This document shows positions 1 through 12,493 of a stretch of DNA of 64,000 nucleotides, one piece after another. The stretch is from Tubiluchus corallicola. Lineage: Eukaryota > Animalia > Priapulida. The translations under genes and the position numbers were made by a program. The stretch covers positions 124,001 to 188,000 of the forward strand of contig JAQGDQ010000261.1 in NCBI GenBank assembly GCA_030141605.1, read 5' to 3'. The first letter of the stretch is position 1, and every line of letters begins with the position of its first letter. Below the pieces are notes generated by a model. That model did not search any database. It saw only the letters and a list, made by a program, of their open reading frames with translations, and had not been told where the DNA came from.

Positions 1-13
1 AGTTATCACGTTA

Positions 14-699
14 TTTATTTGAAACATGTATTTAAAAATTAAAATCATTATCCCATCTGTAGTAAAATGTGCAATAAATTATGGTTGTGAATTACATAGT
101 CGCGTGTATTTGCAGCAACCTATAAAAAATTTGAACGAAATTATATAAGGAACTAGATTATAAGGAACGCAAGTACTAAAGAGATTTGTGATGTAGTGAA
201 AGATAAGGGGATTCCAGGAAATAATGTGCATTACAATAATGGGTATAAAAGAGTCTCATTTTTTAACGCGGAAACCGAAATGCATTTTAATTCTATATTT
301 CACTTTAGGTGAGATCAGAACATGTTGTTAAACAATACTGAAAATAATAGTGCGTTTTTATAATGTTCTCTGGAGTAGGTACAATTATGTATTAGAATGG
401 AATTCTGTTATCCCTATGCTTATGTACTCCCAAATTTCAGAAATGTATAATTAGAAGTAATAGAACTCAGTAACAGGACTTTTAACAACACAACTAGTTC
501 ACTGTGTCGTCTTGTTTCAGTAAAGTAAGTTCCTGTTTCTTAGGTAACAGAGGCGTGAGACCTCCAAATATAATTCAACGGTTGGTGAGTTTTCTAGTGT
601 AGGCCTATATTTTGTCAATTCTTGGTAAAACTTCTTTCAGGCGTATTCTCCTTCACAACAACATACATTAACATGTATTTTTGTCTTACATGCTTCTCT
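14..699 (-). other. Putative 3'-UTR terminal exon of collagen A (3' end uncertain)
   Basis: Acceptor AATTTTTATTTTCAG|AGAG (AG at 701-700). This acceptor and ~100 bp of adjacent intron are visibly homologous to 23616-23720 in gene B. Minus-strand AATAAA at 19-14 is a candidate polyA signal. Confidence 0.55.
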
Positions 700-2028
700 C
701 TGAAAATAAAAATTGAGCAAAAAATTAATGTTTATAATAGCATCCCAAAGAGAACAGTGTTCGTCATAGTGACACTTATTCATTATAAAAGTGATGCCGA
801 GTGTTTGACAGTTTTAACAGTTCGACAGTTGTCGCGCATCACGTTTTGTTATCGCAATGTGGTTAACTAGTTAAAATTCACTGGATATGCTGATTTTGGT
901 CTGTTCATTCCTGCTTTTTAAATGAACCTTTATGATCATTTAAACGCAGGCATTGTTTTTCATAAAAATGTTAAAATTCAAACGTACGTTCTGTCACTTC
1001 CATCCTATTCTATCTATCATCCATTCATTTCTTAGAATTTAAATTAAAATATTCGATTGTATTTATTTCACAAACATAATTGTGCTTTCTTTAAAATATT
1101 ACCATCTACAATCATTAAAAATTAATTTTTTTATTTTTTTTAAATTTCTTAAATTGTGAAGTTTCAAAAGTAAAGAATTTTTAAAAAAAATCAAAGTTAA
1201 CTTGGAAACATTTAGATACTTTACACCAGTTGTAGTATTCAGAAAAATAATTATTAAGACAGCAGTTGGCCCTAGTAATTGTTGCAGACTAGTTTGCACA
1301 TTTGTTGCAAACCCTAGTAATTGTTGCACCTTTGTAAAATTTACCACTTTATTTGAATATTTCAGCATAAAGAAACTTGGAAGGTACATTAGCATTAATG
1401 TTTGTGTCAATTATAGTGAGGTTTGTAAGGAAAAGAAAATTGAAGCCTAATAATTGTGTTGTTCATTCGGTCAGCTTGATTATGAAACGTACAGAACCAC
1501 AGAATTACACGCTTTCTTAATCCTGCTCATTTACAAAAAGTCTGGCAACACTTCGACATGATAACTGCGGGCAGGTATCAAAACGTTTTTAGTTTGTGTT
1601 TCGCCAAGAGTGGCTACTTGGCTACTTTCTATTTGGTTTTACTTGTGGAAGTTTTCCCAGCCGTGGAAAACCGCGACAATTTAAAATAACTAAGTGCAGG
1701 ACTGAAACAGCCAAAACTCCCTGCCTTCTGTACAGAATTCTGAATACTCGGAACGCGGTTCCCCTTAGTATCAGGAATTCTCTGACTGTCTCAGGTTACA
1801 AGCATTTTTTTAAATTATAGGCGTTCTTAAAGATCAAATTTATTTTAATGACATGTTTCTTGTTTAGCTCAGGGCACTTATTTTCTTGTAATTTCTGCAT
1901 TTTTAATTTTGTACTTTCACTTAGCAAATGAATATTAGATAATTTATTGGTATATTTTCCGTTTTTGGTAAATAGTTGTGTTTTTAATCATGTGTTGAAT
2001 AAAATGTTAACGTCTTACCTTTATAAGA

Positions 2029-2819
2029 TCAATACGTGTCAGGTGGTCCAGGAATACCTGGATCGCCATAAGGTCCAGGCCAGCCAGATTGTCCAACTAA
2101 ACCTTGCAGTCCTGATGGACCCATATCACCAGGATCACCTTTATCACCTTTGTCGCCTTTATCACCTTTTTCACCTTTAGGACCTACTGGACCTGATTGA
2201 CCGGGCATGCCATCAACACCATTATTACCTGGCAAGGCAGGCTCACCATCTGCCCCATCTTTGCCAGGTGAACCAGGCCATCCATCTAATCCAGGAATTC
2301 CTGGAAACCCTCGTGGGCCTCTTTCCCCAGTTAAGCCAGGTAGCCCATCAAATCCATCATATCCTGGTTTGCCGGGATAACCTTTATCACCTTTGGGACC
2401 AGGTTGCCCTGGAGCTCCATCTTTACCATCTCCACCATCATTTCCAGGATCCCCTTTTTCGCCTTTATCACCTGTGTGACCTTTTTCTCCCATTTCACCT
2501 TTCGGCCCAGCTATACCACCCATGCCAGTAGTTCCCTCACTGCCTGTTTCTCCTCTTGTACCATGATTACCTGGATGTCCTCTTCTGCCAGGTACTCCAC
2601 CACGGCCTGGTATCCCAAGTTCTCCTTGCTGTCCTTTTTCTCCTGCATCACCTTTAGGTCCTTTATCACCACTAACACCTGAAAGACCTGGTGATCCTGC
2701 TTGACCAGACACACCTGACGGTCCTTCATCACCATCTAGACCCGATGGACCAGGTGGGCCTGGCACAACTCGACCGGGAGGTCCTGGTAGACCGGGAGGT
2801 CCAGGTGGACACATGCATT
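2029..2819 (-). CDS. Short secreted collagen A, triple-helix exon with stop; exon continues to splice donor at 2019
   Basis: Long Gly-X-Y frame (E)CMCPPGPPGLPGPPGRVVPGPPG...GPPDTY*. Acceptor TTTTGTTTTGCAG|AA (AG at 2821-2820), phase 1. TGA at 2031-2029 followed by TCTTATAAAG|GTAAG (exon ends 2019). The ORF-track start MLKFGIFCFA is intronic. Confidence 0.93.
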
Positions 2820-3439
2820 CTGCAAAACAAAATATACCAAATTTCAACATGTAATATAATCTTTAGTTTCATAATAAACGGCTAAGTGATGAGCAAAACA
2901 TCTCTATTTTTTAGTGACCTGAAAATAATGATATCCTCTTGAAATGTTCTGAATGCAACACCCAGTTGCAAAAGTAAAAAGATACCAGTGTGCTATAGAT
3001 TAAAACAGTCACAAATAATAAATGGGGATATTTTTTGGCGCTATTACTGGGTTCTCGCCCCTAAAGGTCACTGTCAAATATGAGGATCCGAGCCCTCAGC
3101 TGAAGAGGATGGCGAGAAGTCTAGAAGTCGGGTCATCTATCCGCCGTAGAAAGAAATCAGGCTAGTAACTACTGTATTACTTTACTAGAAGGAAATTTTA
3201 ATAACGTAATGAGTAGGTGACATTTAGGCACCAACAAAATTTTGTACCCGATTTTTTTCATTTTCGTTTGTTAAATTTTAATGATTCACTATTTTACCTA
3301 ACTCCCAACATTTTTTAAATCGCATTACTAAATTTAAAATATGCAGGGATACAAAAATTAAAGCCAGTCAGCTGACTGCAATCTTTGTCATGTGGTGCTT
3401 GATAATTTTATATGTTGTTGAAATTATCCAACATGGTTC

Positions 3440-4010
3440 AGCATATCCTGACAAACTTGACTCCTCGAACTTTGAAGGCCCTGACAACATAAAGAATGTG
3501 GAAAATGTCTTGCTGCTCATTTTGCTGGACTACTTAATTTTTCTTTTAAGATGCGAGACAGCTCCGAAATGACTATGTCGCCTACGTATAAATTTGCTTC
3601 TAGAAAGAAAGAGCTGTTAATCAGTTACAGACTTGTTTCTTTGCTACGCAACATTAGCAAAGCGATGGGAAAAAAGTAGTTGATGCCTGGAGACCAGCAT
3701 TCTATTAGGAAACTGTCAGTTTGGTTTCTGTGCAGTATCTAGTTATAACCTCCAACAAATGATGCTGTCCTAGTACAACTGAATTATTATAGTACTGTAC
3801 TTTAGTATCTCACTATTTCCTACGACTTGCTTAGAAAATTTGGTATATGTGGTGTATTGCATAAATAGACTGTTTATTTTTTTATTTGCTGCAAACAATT
3901 TATCTATCAGATCATAAGTCCATTTTGACTGATGTTATTTCGCGAGAACCATAGGGCTCATTGTTAGGCCCTTTATTTTTTAGCCTGTACATTTGTGATT
4001 TAATTGAATT
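3440..4010 (+). mobile_element. Highly decayed CR1/L2-type LINE reverse-transcriptase fragment in collagen A intron
   Basis: Broken motifs KLDSS..EGPDNI (~3453-3490), GICG.LH (~3842) and EP*GSLLGPLFFSLYICDL (~3946-4002), matching PQGSxLGPLLFxxYINDL. Confidence 0.6.
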
Positions 4011-4548
4011 GCTTTTTTCCGGTTCATTGGTAACAAAATAGGCCTACATTAAAAATTTACAACAGACCAATGTTAAACATTTTAAATGCTAGTAAGTAGA
4101 CCTATATTGTGTGAGTCTATATATTGATCATATCTTTACGAGTTTAATCATGGACGGTTCTTTTGTTAAAAGACAGACCAAACCTCCTGGGAAGTTAGGC
4201 TTATTTTAATTATCGGGAAAACTTTTAGGAGGAGTAATAAAAATGTGATAAACGCTGTTAAATGTGTTAAAGTTGCGATCATTTTAAACTCCCATTCTTC
4301 CATCAGTGACGTCATTCGCCGACTGAAGAAAGCGACTTTTATAGACGAATTCCGATATTTGACAAACTTTTTGGATAAAAATTAATAACTATGACACATT
4401 TGGGCAGCAAAATCAGTTGACAAAAGTTACTGACGTGTCAAAATTGCACGTTGCCTTACTAACAAATTAATGGACGGCTGGTGACGACGAAACCGAATAT
4501 GACGTCGGTGACGACGACAACGAAATCATGTATTGCTAAATTGAGTAC

Positions 4549-4669
4549 CTTGATAATAGCTGTCCTCCTCCTCTGGTGATGCTATATATGAAAATGTGAG
4601 CTGACAAGATACCAGCACCATTGTAAACAAATGCACATATCCATAATTCCTGGAAACAAACACTAACAT
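4549..4669 (-). CDS. Collagen A signal-peptide exon (MLVFVSRNYGYVHLFTMVLVSCQLTFSYIASPEEEDSYYQ)
   Basis: Acceptor TTTCTCTGTTTTCAG directly before ATG (4669); 40 codons + 1 nt; donor CAAG|GTAC is phase 1 and joins in frame to the collagen exon (G|AA = Glu). Moderately hydrophobic stretch HLFTMVLVSCQLTFS. Confidence 0.8.
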
Positions 4670-5072
4670 CTGAAAACAGAGAAATACTTTGAAACACGCG
4701 AAGTGTATTTCACTTCCTCCTACCTCCCTCCCCGCGTGAAAATTTTTTGATAAATATTTGGTTTAAATTTCAAAGTGCTTTTTATTTACTAACATGTAAC
4801 GCCTTTATAATCCTCTATATTTACTAACAATTTTACGTTGTTGTATAACAATCGAGAGACTGTACCTACACAATTATTTATATGTATTGTTGAGTTTGCA
4901 GCCAAGAAGTCTAGGGTTCAAATCTGAATCAGCCAAACCAAGTTGCAGACAAATGTTGTAGATAAGAAAATAGATAAGAAATTTAAAAATTTAAACAGAA
5001 AATAAGATAAAAACTAGCCAGTATCTTCTCCTGCGCTTCTCATGCAGACCATAACTATGAAACAGGTTATTA

Positions 5073-5210
5073 GGTGGTAAAACGCCCCTGTCCGTCTACC
5101 GACTGAACCGACGAGGCCATTCCATAACAGCTACTTATAGCTGATATGAGCTGCTGATATGCAATGGCTTCGTAATGGATCATACCATCACAATGTAGGG
5201 GGCTCGAAAA
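5073..5210. repeat. Dispersed repeat, copy 1 (inverted relative to 6821-6950)
   Basis: tatgcaatggcttcgtaatggatcataccatcacaat is nearly the reverse complement of attgtgatggtgcgatccattacgaagccattgcata at ~6842-6878; the flanks also align. Confidence 0.7.
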
Positions 5211-6820
5211 TAAATGGAATTTTGCCCACGTAACACTATGTAACGATCTGACGACTAGGGGTAGGTTGTTTGATCGAAGGTGATCGAAGGTAGTCACTGG
5301 ATAACAATTTGACTGGCCTGACCGAGTTGAAGAAAGGGGGGATCAATCATCTACCTGTCAGCTCCAGACAGTGGCAAGCTTATAGGCAGTCTACGGGGGG
5401 GCCTGTCTATTGAGCAGAGTGGTTCGGATGTGGGATGTGCAGTTTATTTTGCTTGGAGTAATCTGTTGTGATAATGCAAACGACGATGCGTAGGCAACTA
5501 ATGCACAAACAATCAATTGCATAAATATTGTAGAAATAATTATTAAGGAACAACAAAAAAATATGTAAAAAAACATTATCATTAGTCAAACACTAATTTA
5601 ACTACTTTTGAATGTGCTAAATATGGTTACCTTTTACCGTATTCACAAAATAAACAAAACCATTTAAGCCTGGGACTTACAGTATCAAGTCAATAAACTA
5701 ACAAAAAATTGGCAAATAATACACAACAGCTAAACCGAACTAAAAAGGGGTACCTATTTGCCTAACTACACGCCACCCCAAATGATGTAGTCCTCGCTAG
5801 CGCTAGGATGATCAACCGGCATTATCTCACTTAGAAAATCCACAATCGAGGTTGAACAGGCCTACTCAGTGTCTCTTAATGTCACCACAAATTTCTTGAA
5901 CAACAAGGGAGGTTAAGTCCAGCTTCCACGCAACTGCCCGCATCAGATAAGCAAATACTAAATTGTGCAACTTACAGTCTGTAGGTTGTTACCGTACTGG
6001 GGGTGCCTCGTCACCTCAAACACAGATTCGCCTCAACGTTTGTCGGTACGCCCATAGCACTTTCCAACGATACGATTACAGCAATGAGACAAAGTCCTAA
6101 TTGTCACCAAACTTCGTGGAAATCTCTACCACCAAAAACATCTGCCCACTCAGTTGTCCAATAATTTCAGACCTCATGGACAAAGTCACCATACGTTATA
6201 ACTGATTACGTGGACTAAAGTTGCTGACCTCTTTTCGATACCTGCGAGAGCAGTAGTAGACATAGGTATACGCTGGCTTCCAACAGCTATCATTACAAGC
6301 GATTAAACTGGCCCTTCCGCAGTACTTACGAACCTTGGCTAATGGCCATTATCGTTTACAGGCTATAGAAAAGATCTTTTTAATGCTAATGTTATTTTAC
6401 TTCCACATTTGAACAAAAGGTCGGATACATATTGAGATATGCACAGCATAGAAGGGCCAAAAATGTTTGTGTTTTCTTTCCAAACTCTGCAACTGGGATG
6501 ACCAACCAACTGACAGATTACTGAACAAACACCACACTCACATGATGTAAGCTACTACACTAGTCTATTTATCTGGGAAGCTGACATGCACGTTACACGC
6601 TATTGTAATTCATTACTATACATTTTGTTTTATTACAAAATTCTGTTTAATTTTGTATTGGCTGTGAGTGCAACCTTTCAAATTTCATTTACTTTTGTTT
6701 AATATGATGTGATTAATAGGAGTATTAATTCCCTGAGTCATTGAGTTCTATACAATTTTGCAGTGTCTGTTCATTGTCTGCAAATGCTGTCCTTTATATA
6801 ATGTAATGACGGCGAAACGC

Positions 6821-6950
6821 CATTTTCACCCCTACCTCTTTATTGTGATGGTGCGATCCATTACGAAGCCATTGCATACCAGGTATAAAACTGTTGATAT
6901 GGAATGGCCTCGTCGATCCAGCAGGTAAACGGACAGGTGTTTTAACCATC
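6821..6950. repeat. Dispersed repeat, copy 2 (inverted relative to 5073-5210)
   Basis: Reverse-complement similarity to 5073-5210. Confidence 0.7.
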
Positions 6951-8493
6951 ACGGCACCTATTGCGTAGACACAACCAGCATGAAGTACACAGGACAAGTT
7001 TACTGGCGATTTATCTTTACAAATCTCTGTTTGTGCTATATAGTTTCATCATCTTGGCCGGACTACTTGGCCTCCGAAATACGAGGGAACGAACAAACTA
7101 GGTAAGCCACCAATCAGACCCAGCAGGCGACACAGCATCGTTGCAATATGATTTATTAATTTTCTGCTTCATGTGACGTTACTAATGGGAATATTAATAG
7201 CCTGCGTTATAGAATTCTATTCACTTTTGCATTATTCACCAACCACCGGGATCCGTTTGCACTATTTACTATTTCAAATCACAAGCGACAAAGTACTACA
7301 GTATAAATTTATTGCAATTTGTTCACTAGTAACTTAGTACAATAACTTAAAACACACATAACAAACCACACAATCTACAAACAGAATAAAACAACGCTTG
7401 CTCGCCCATATTAATTAAAAGGGCCTCCCTGTAAGCCTAGACATTCATGTTCATGCATAGACGGCTAATTAATGCGTTAATAAAACGCCTTATGGCAAAA
7501 GAAATCAATGGGCAAATTCATTTCATGATAGGGCGCCTTAAGAAGTGCCTTAACGGCTTGTAAGGAGCGTACGGCGGATTATGGCTAACGTCTTACGTTG
7601 GCGGCAAATGGAAAATGGATCTGTGTGACAGAGCTTATTGATCAGTGTATATTCATTTATATGCGGTCTGTATGTTATTGCAAAGTCATTTTAAAACAAA
7701 AAGACCTCTGTAAATCAAAATGTAATAATCTTATTAATCACCATATTGTGGTATTTCCTAAGAAGAAATTAACAAATCTCATCTTATCCCATCTGTTTTC
7801 ATCTTACCTCACCTCACCTCACCTCTCTCACTCCACGTCATGTACCCCAACTCAGTTTGAAATCAAGTACAATTCACATTGCTAAGCATAAGTTAAATGG
7901 TATGAGCCTCCAAGCCAACCTGACACTTGTGCAGATACAGTGTCTCCTTATAGTGACTTATTTGTAATATTGAAAATGACTGAATGAGTTGTACTGTGGA
8001 CTTAAATTTTGTGTGACTTTTATGCGCGTGGTGTAATATTATTGTTTTAAACCGTATTAAACCGTAAAATTTTGGCGGAATTTGGCCCGATTACGAAAGG
8101 ACGATAAGGCAGCTTTAAGAATGCTGGATCAAGGCTTGCAGAACTTTCAATAATGTAGGCAGTAGTAAAGGTTGGACTGGACGCTAAAACACACACCCGG
8201 ACCTGGACAGCAAAAAGAAGAATCCGGGTCCTCTTTTTTCATTTTTCAGTATAGCCATTCCAAAAAATGATACGATTGGAAAAACTAACTTACTTGATTC
8301 ATCAGTAATTTTTACAACGTTATTTCAAAAAAATCAATCATCAAAGAAAAGGTCAAAATGCCCCCAAAGCATTTATAAGTAAACTAAATTTTGCCAAGCT
8401 TTAATACTAGCTTTTTCAAGATATAATCCGTTAATTCTATAATGTTTTTACACTTTTGCTTATATTATGCACTTTTCTATTCTACACTTTACT

Positions 8494-9292
8494 ATACACT
8501 AGTGTGGCTAATGTTTGAATACTGCGGAGTTGTATGGTCACCACACGCTACCTGTGCACCGCATAAAATTGAGTCCGTTCAGAGAAAGGCTACCAGATAC
8601 ATGACTTTGCTATTATGGGGGGCTGAAATGGCAAATTATAATGATCGTTTGAATGTTTTTTCAATGAGCCTAAAATGGCGCAGAGATTTATTCGTATTCG
8701 GGTATAAATTACTTAATAACCGTTTCTCCCATCTAGTTGACCATCACTGGACCATTTCCAGAAACTCACGGTTTTCGGACCGCCTGTTACATAATAACAA
8801 CAATCGTACATCTTGTTTATCGGCATCCCTTTTTAATCGGTTTCCGTGCTTGTGAAATGAGCTTCCTAGCGACATAAAGGAAGCAAGAACGCAAAATGCA
8901 AAGCTGCAAACTACTATATGAATAACGGATATGTTTTCACTTAGCTGCTAGTAATGCAATTAGTTATTATTTTAATGTTTTTTTACTTGCACAATAGTTT
9001 TACTCAATGGCTTGCTTACAGTTTCTACTTTTCTTAATCAATTTATTTTCAAGTGTGTTTTATACCTGATTTCAGTAGACTTTATCTTGTTTTAATGATA
9101 ATTATTTATACTCACTGATTTCCCTGTTCACTTCCAGATAGCATGGGCCAGCAGGCAACAAGCTGTTTGAGGATTAAGTTCCCTGCTGTTGGCAGGCTAG
9201 TGAATGCTTAAAATTGTTCATATGCTTTTTTGCGTTCTTTGTGTGCCTTTTTTACTTTTTTATTGTACCTTTGTACCTAAATAAATAATATA
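8494..9292 (+). mobile_element. 3' end of a CR1/L2-type LINE (C-terminal ORF2 plus 3' UTR)
   Basis: EYCGVVWSPH....KIESVQRKATRY...YNDRL...SLKWRR...LFNRFPCL*NELPSDIK, a typical post-RT region; ends in aaataaataataat. Confidence 0.8.
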
Positions 9293-10732
9293 ATACTAGC
9301 CAAGGCTCTAGCCGCTTTCTCTACAGGATGTTTGGTCAAAATTTCCAAAAAATCTGGAGTTGAGATCACAGGACAGACAAAGAAATTGATCACTATTCTT
9401 CTCTCCTAAGGAAGACAGTGAAGATCTTTATGAAACTTTGATTGAAAACTTATGGCAAACGATACACAGAATCAAGTTTTTGGCAGCAGAGCATCCTTGC
9501 GACACGGTGTGGACAAGTCGGTTATCTTTCAGGGTCGCTAGGAATCGCACTGCTCACTGAAAATTGGTGAGTAACTGTAGCAAATTAACAGTTGTTCTTT
9601 AGGTTGGTCTTCCCTCATTCGGTCAAGTCATTTAGTAGAAATACTGTTAAGAAATTATGGCATAAAATTCCTCGGTAATGTAATAGTGAAATTGTATACC
9701 CTGTACAGCTGACATCACGACTGTTTTCGAAGTTATGGAAAATTCTATATGGTAATTACAAAACCGGAAAATTGGCAGAAAAAATCTTTTCTGAATGAAT
9801 ATAATCAAGTCGGCCAAGAAATAATTAATGTTTTGCCATAGAAGGCATTTGACTGAGTTTTTGTCCACCAAACTTCTTAATTACTTAATTGAGCACTTTA
9901 ATTTATCAATGATTCAGCTACATCAGCCTAGATACCGCACTGAGCACTATTAATACAACGTCGGGATTATGGGAGTAAAATAATCTATATTATCCTTTTT
10001 GTGTTGTTGTTACAGGTTTGTGGTTTGATCAAGGCAAAATTGGTTTGATCTGTCATCTGGGTGCATGGTACCAAGTAGATACGTACTGTTGAAGTGTACA
10101 GCAGAAACTGACATTTAAACTTAAAAGTTCTCTAGCAACGGATATCGTATTACAAATAATGTCTGCATTTATATTGTCTGAACAGGGTAGAATTATTAGA
10201 GTAACTTATATTTTTGACGGCTACTGGAAGGCCTCAATTACTGCAATCAGAAAAAAACAAAAAGGTTATTTTCAATTTCATTTAGCGGCAAAAATATAGA
10301 TATAAACATAAGCGAAACGCCATTGAATATACATGTTATCAAGTTGCCAACAGTTGCTGTTGCCCAGCGGAATGGTACCCATAACAATCACATGTTCGAA
10401 ATATTGTTCTATACGTAAGCTAGCAATCTCTCTACGAACACGCGTTTTATCTAAATATATGCCCACCACATACACCAATACCACACACACCACGCCACTG
10501 TACACCACGCCACGATGATGATGACGACGACGACAATGACGACACCTACAACACCAGCAGCACAGCATCATAGCAAAACTTTGCAAAATATTTTGCACAA
10601 AGTTGAAACTTGTGCTATATAACAAAAATTCTCAGACTCATCTACCAATGGTCAATAATGCACGAACATTCTGCATAGTTTAGTTAAAAGATGTAACTCA
10701 CAAAATATAAAAATAACAGTATAGATATATAC

Positions 10733-10884
10733 ATTTAATTTCGGTGGCATGGGGTTTATATATTTATACTTATATGTATAATGATATATAAGTGTGTTAA
10801 GGTTAAGATATATAAGATATATATTATATATATATATATATATGTAAGTATAAATATATAAACCCCATACCACCGAAATTAAAT
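10733..10884. repeat. Hairpin with ~45-bp arms around an AT/TA-rich spacer (MITE-like)
   Basis: atttaatttcggtggcatggggtttatatatttatactta pairs with taagtataaatatataaaccccataccaccgaaattaaat. Confidence 0.75.
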
Positions 10885-12493
10885 AAACCACCAGCAAAGG
10901 CTCCACAAAAAAATTAGCACATATACCCGCGATGACAAACCATACCACATCCATCACCCCACACCACCCACACCATATGGAACGTTTATTATAGAACACA
11001 AAAGCTTCGCAATATTACTTTTTTCTCAAAGCTCAATTACAAAATTTATAACTCAATCTGTACAGCATGAAAAACTAAATTATCGTACTTACGACTGCAA
11101 ATTCAACCACAACATCACACAGTTATTGCAGTTACTGCTCATTAAGAATATTATTGCCAACTAACGTCATTTTCCTGTCGTTCCCGCTTTTTGTGAATCT
11201 GTTATTTGTTATTCAGCCGGGGCGAAGTTTTGCCATGGGCAAAGGTATAAATCATTTATTACGGGTTAGCGAACTTTATGAACATTCTAGCCTCGATCTG
11301 ACCGCATCTAGCTATGTCAGCCAATTGGTTATGGAATAATTTTTTAATTTCACATTCCAGTATCAGGGCTCGTATTCATGCACGCGTCGTGAATTTATGC
11401 ACTTAAGTGCATTGTCTTACGAGACCTCTTCGACAGTGTAGCTGTCTTACGTACCGTTTACACGATCCGTTTTTAAGAGTTTACAAGTATTTACAAGACA
11501 TCATACTTTACTCCATCAAACTCTGGTAATAACTATTCAGCAAAGTGTTTCAGTCAAATTATGGTATCAGTATGGTATGGAATCAGACGCGCTTTGTTGT
11601 CTGTATTGGGCTAGCTTGTGCGATTAAGATAGAAGAAATTGGAAAAGAAAGTTAGAAAAATTTTGATGAAAAAATGACCACAGTGAAGAATTGAAGGAGG
11701 AAGTAACAGCCTGATTTCAAAGATTTAAACTTTGAGATGTTTGACTATTTATTGCAAGAAGTTCAGTTTAACTAACCAAAGCCTGTATGACACACTTACA
11801 GTACTGTCGCAAATTGCTGTACCTCAAGAAGAAAAATATAGTACAGCGAGTCACCATGGCAACAGTCAGGAGAGTTCATAGCAAACAGCAAAATCAAATT
11901 AAAAATAGTAACTGATTGCTATGGCAATTGATACCCATGGTGACTAGTCTCTATAGTAGCCAGTCTCCTGGGCAACGATCTGCCAAATATGTGGCTTCCG
12001 ATTGGTTTCATAACACATTTTAACTCTACATTTTGCGCTGTCATTGTTCATTAAATCAAGTTATATGCTGCAAATATTATACGATTACAACGTTCTAAGG
12101 ATTTTTAGGTTGAAAGGACTTTGGTGTTTGAGTTATTCTTCATTAATTAATCAATTGAATAAAATCTTTTATTCTATTTTTATTCTTTATTGCAGAAGTA
12201 CGGCTGAATTCGGTGAAGCAACATTGCAATAATAATTGAACCTGAACGTAATGTTAGAACTCGCGGCTAACGTTGGCACTTGGGCCGTTCGATTAACCGA
12301 CTTAAATGTCATGTAAGTCATTAGAAATTGTGGTTTTACTAACCACTCAACACTAGGACACAAACAAAGTTGACAGTACGGTACTTTCCACGTTTGATAC
12401 CTATTCACGTAACACCGCTGTTTCAAATGCTATTGTAGAGGACATGCAATGCACATCTTACGCTATGCAGATTAGTTTGAAACAAAACTAGTA

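Noticed and set aside
2019-2031. In-frame TGA of collagen A as selenocysteine or readthrough
   Set aside because: Readthrough across the splice adds only xSYKERSM before TAA; no SECIS recognised; paralog B uses TAA at a different position.
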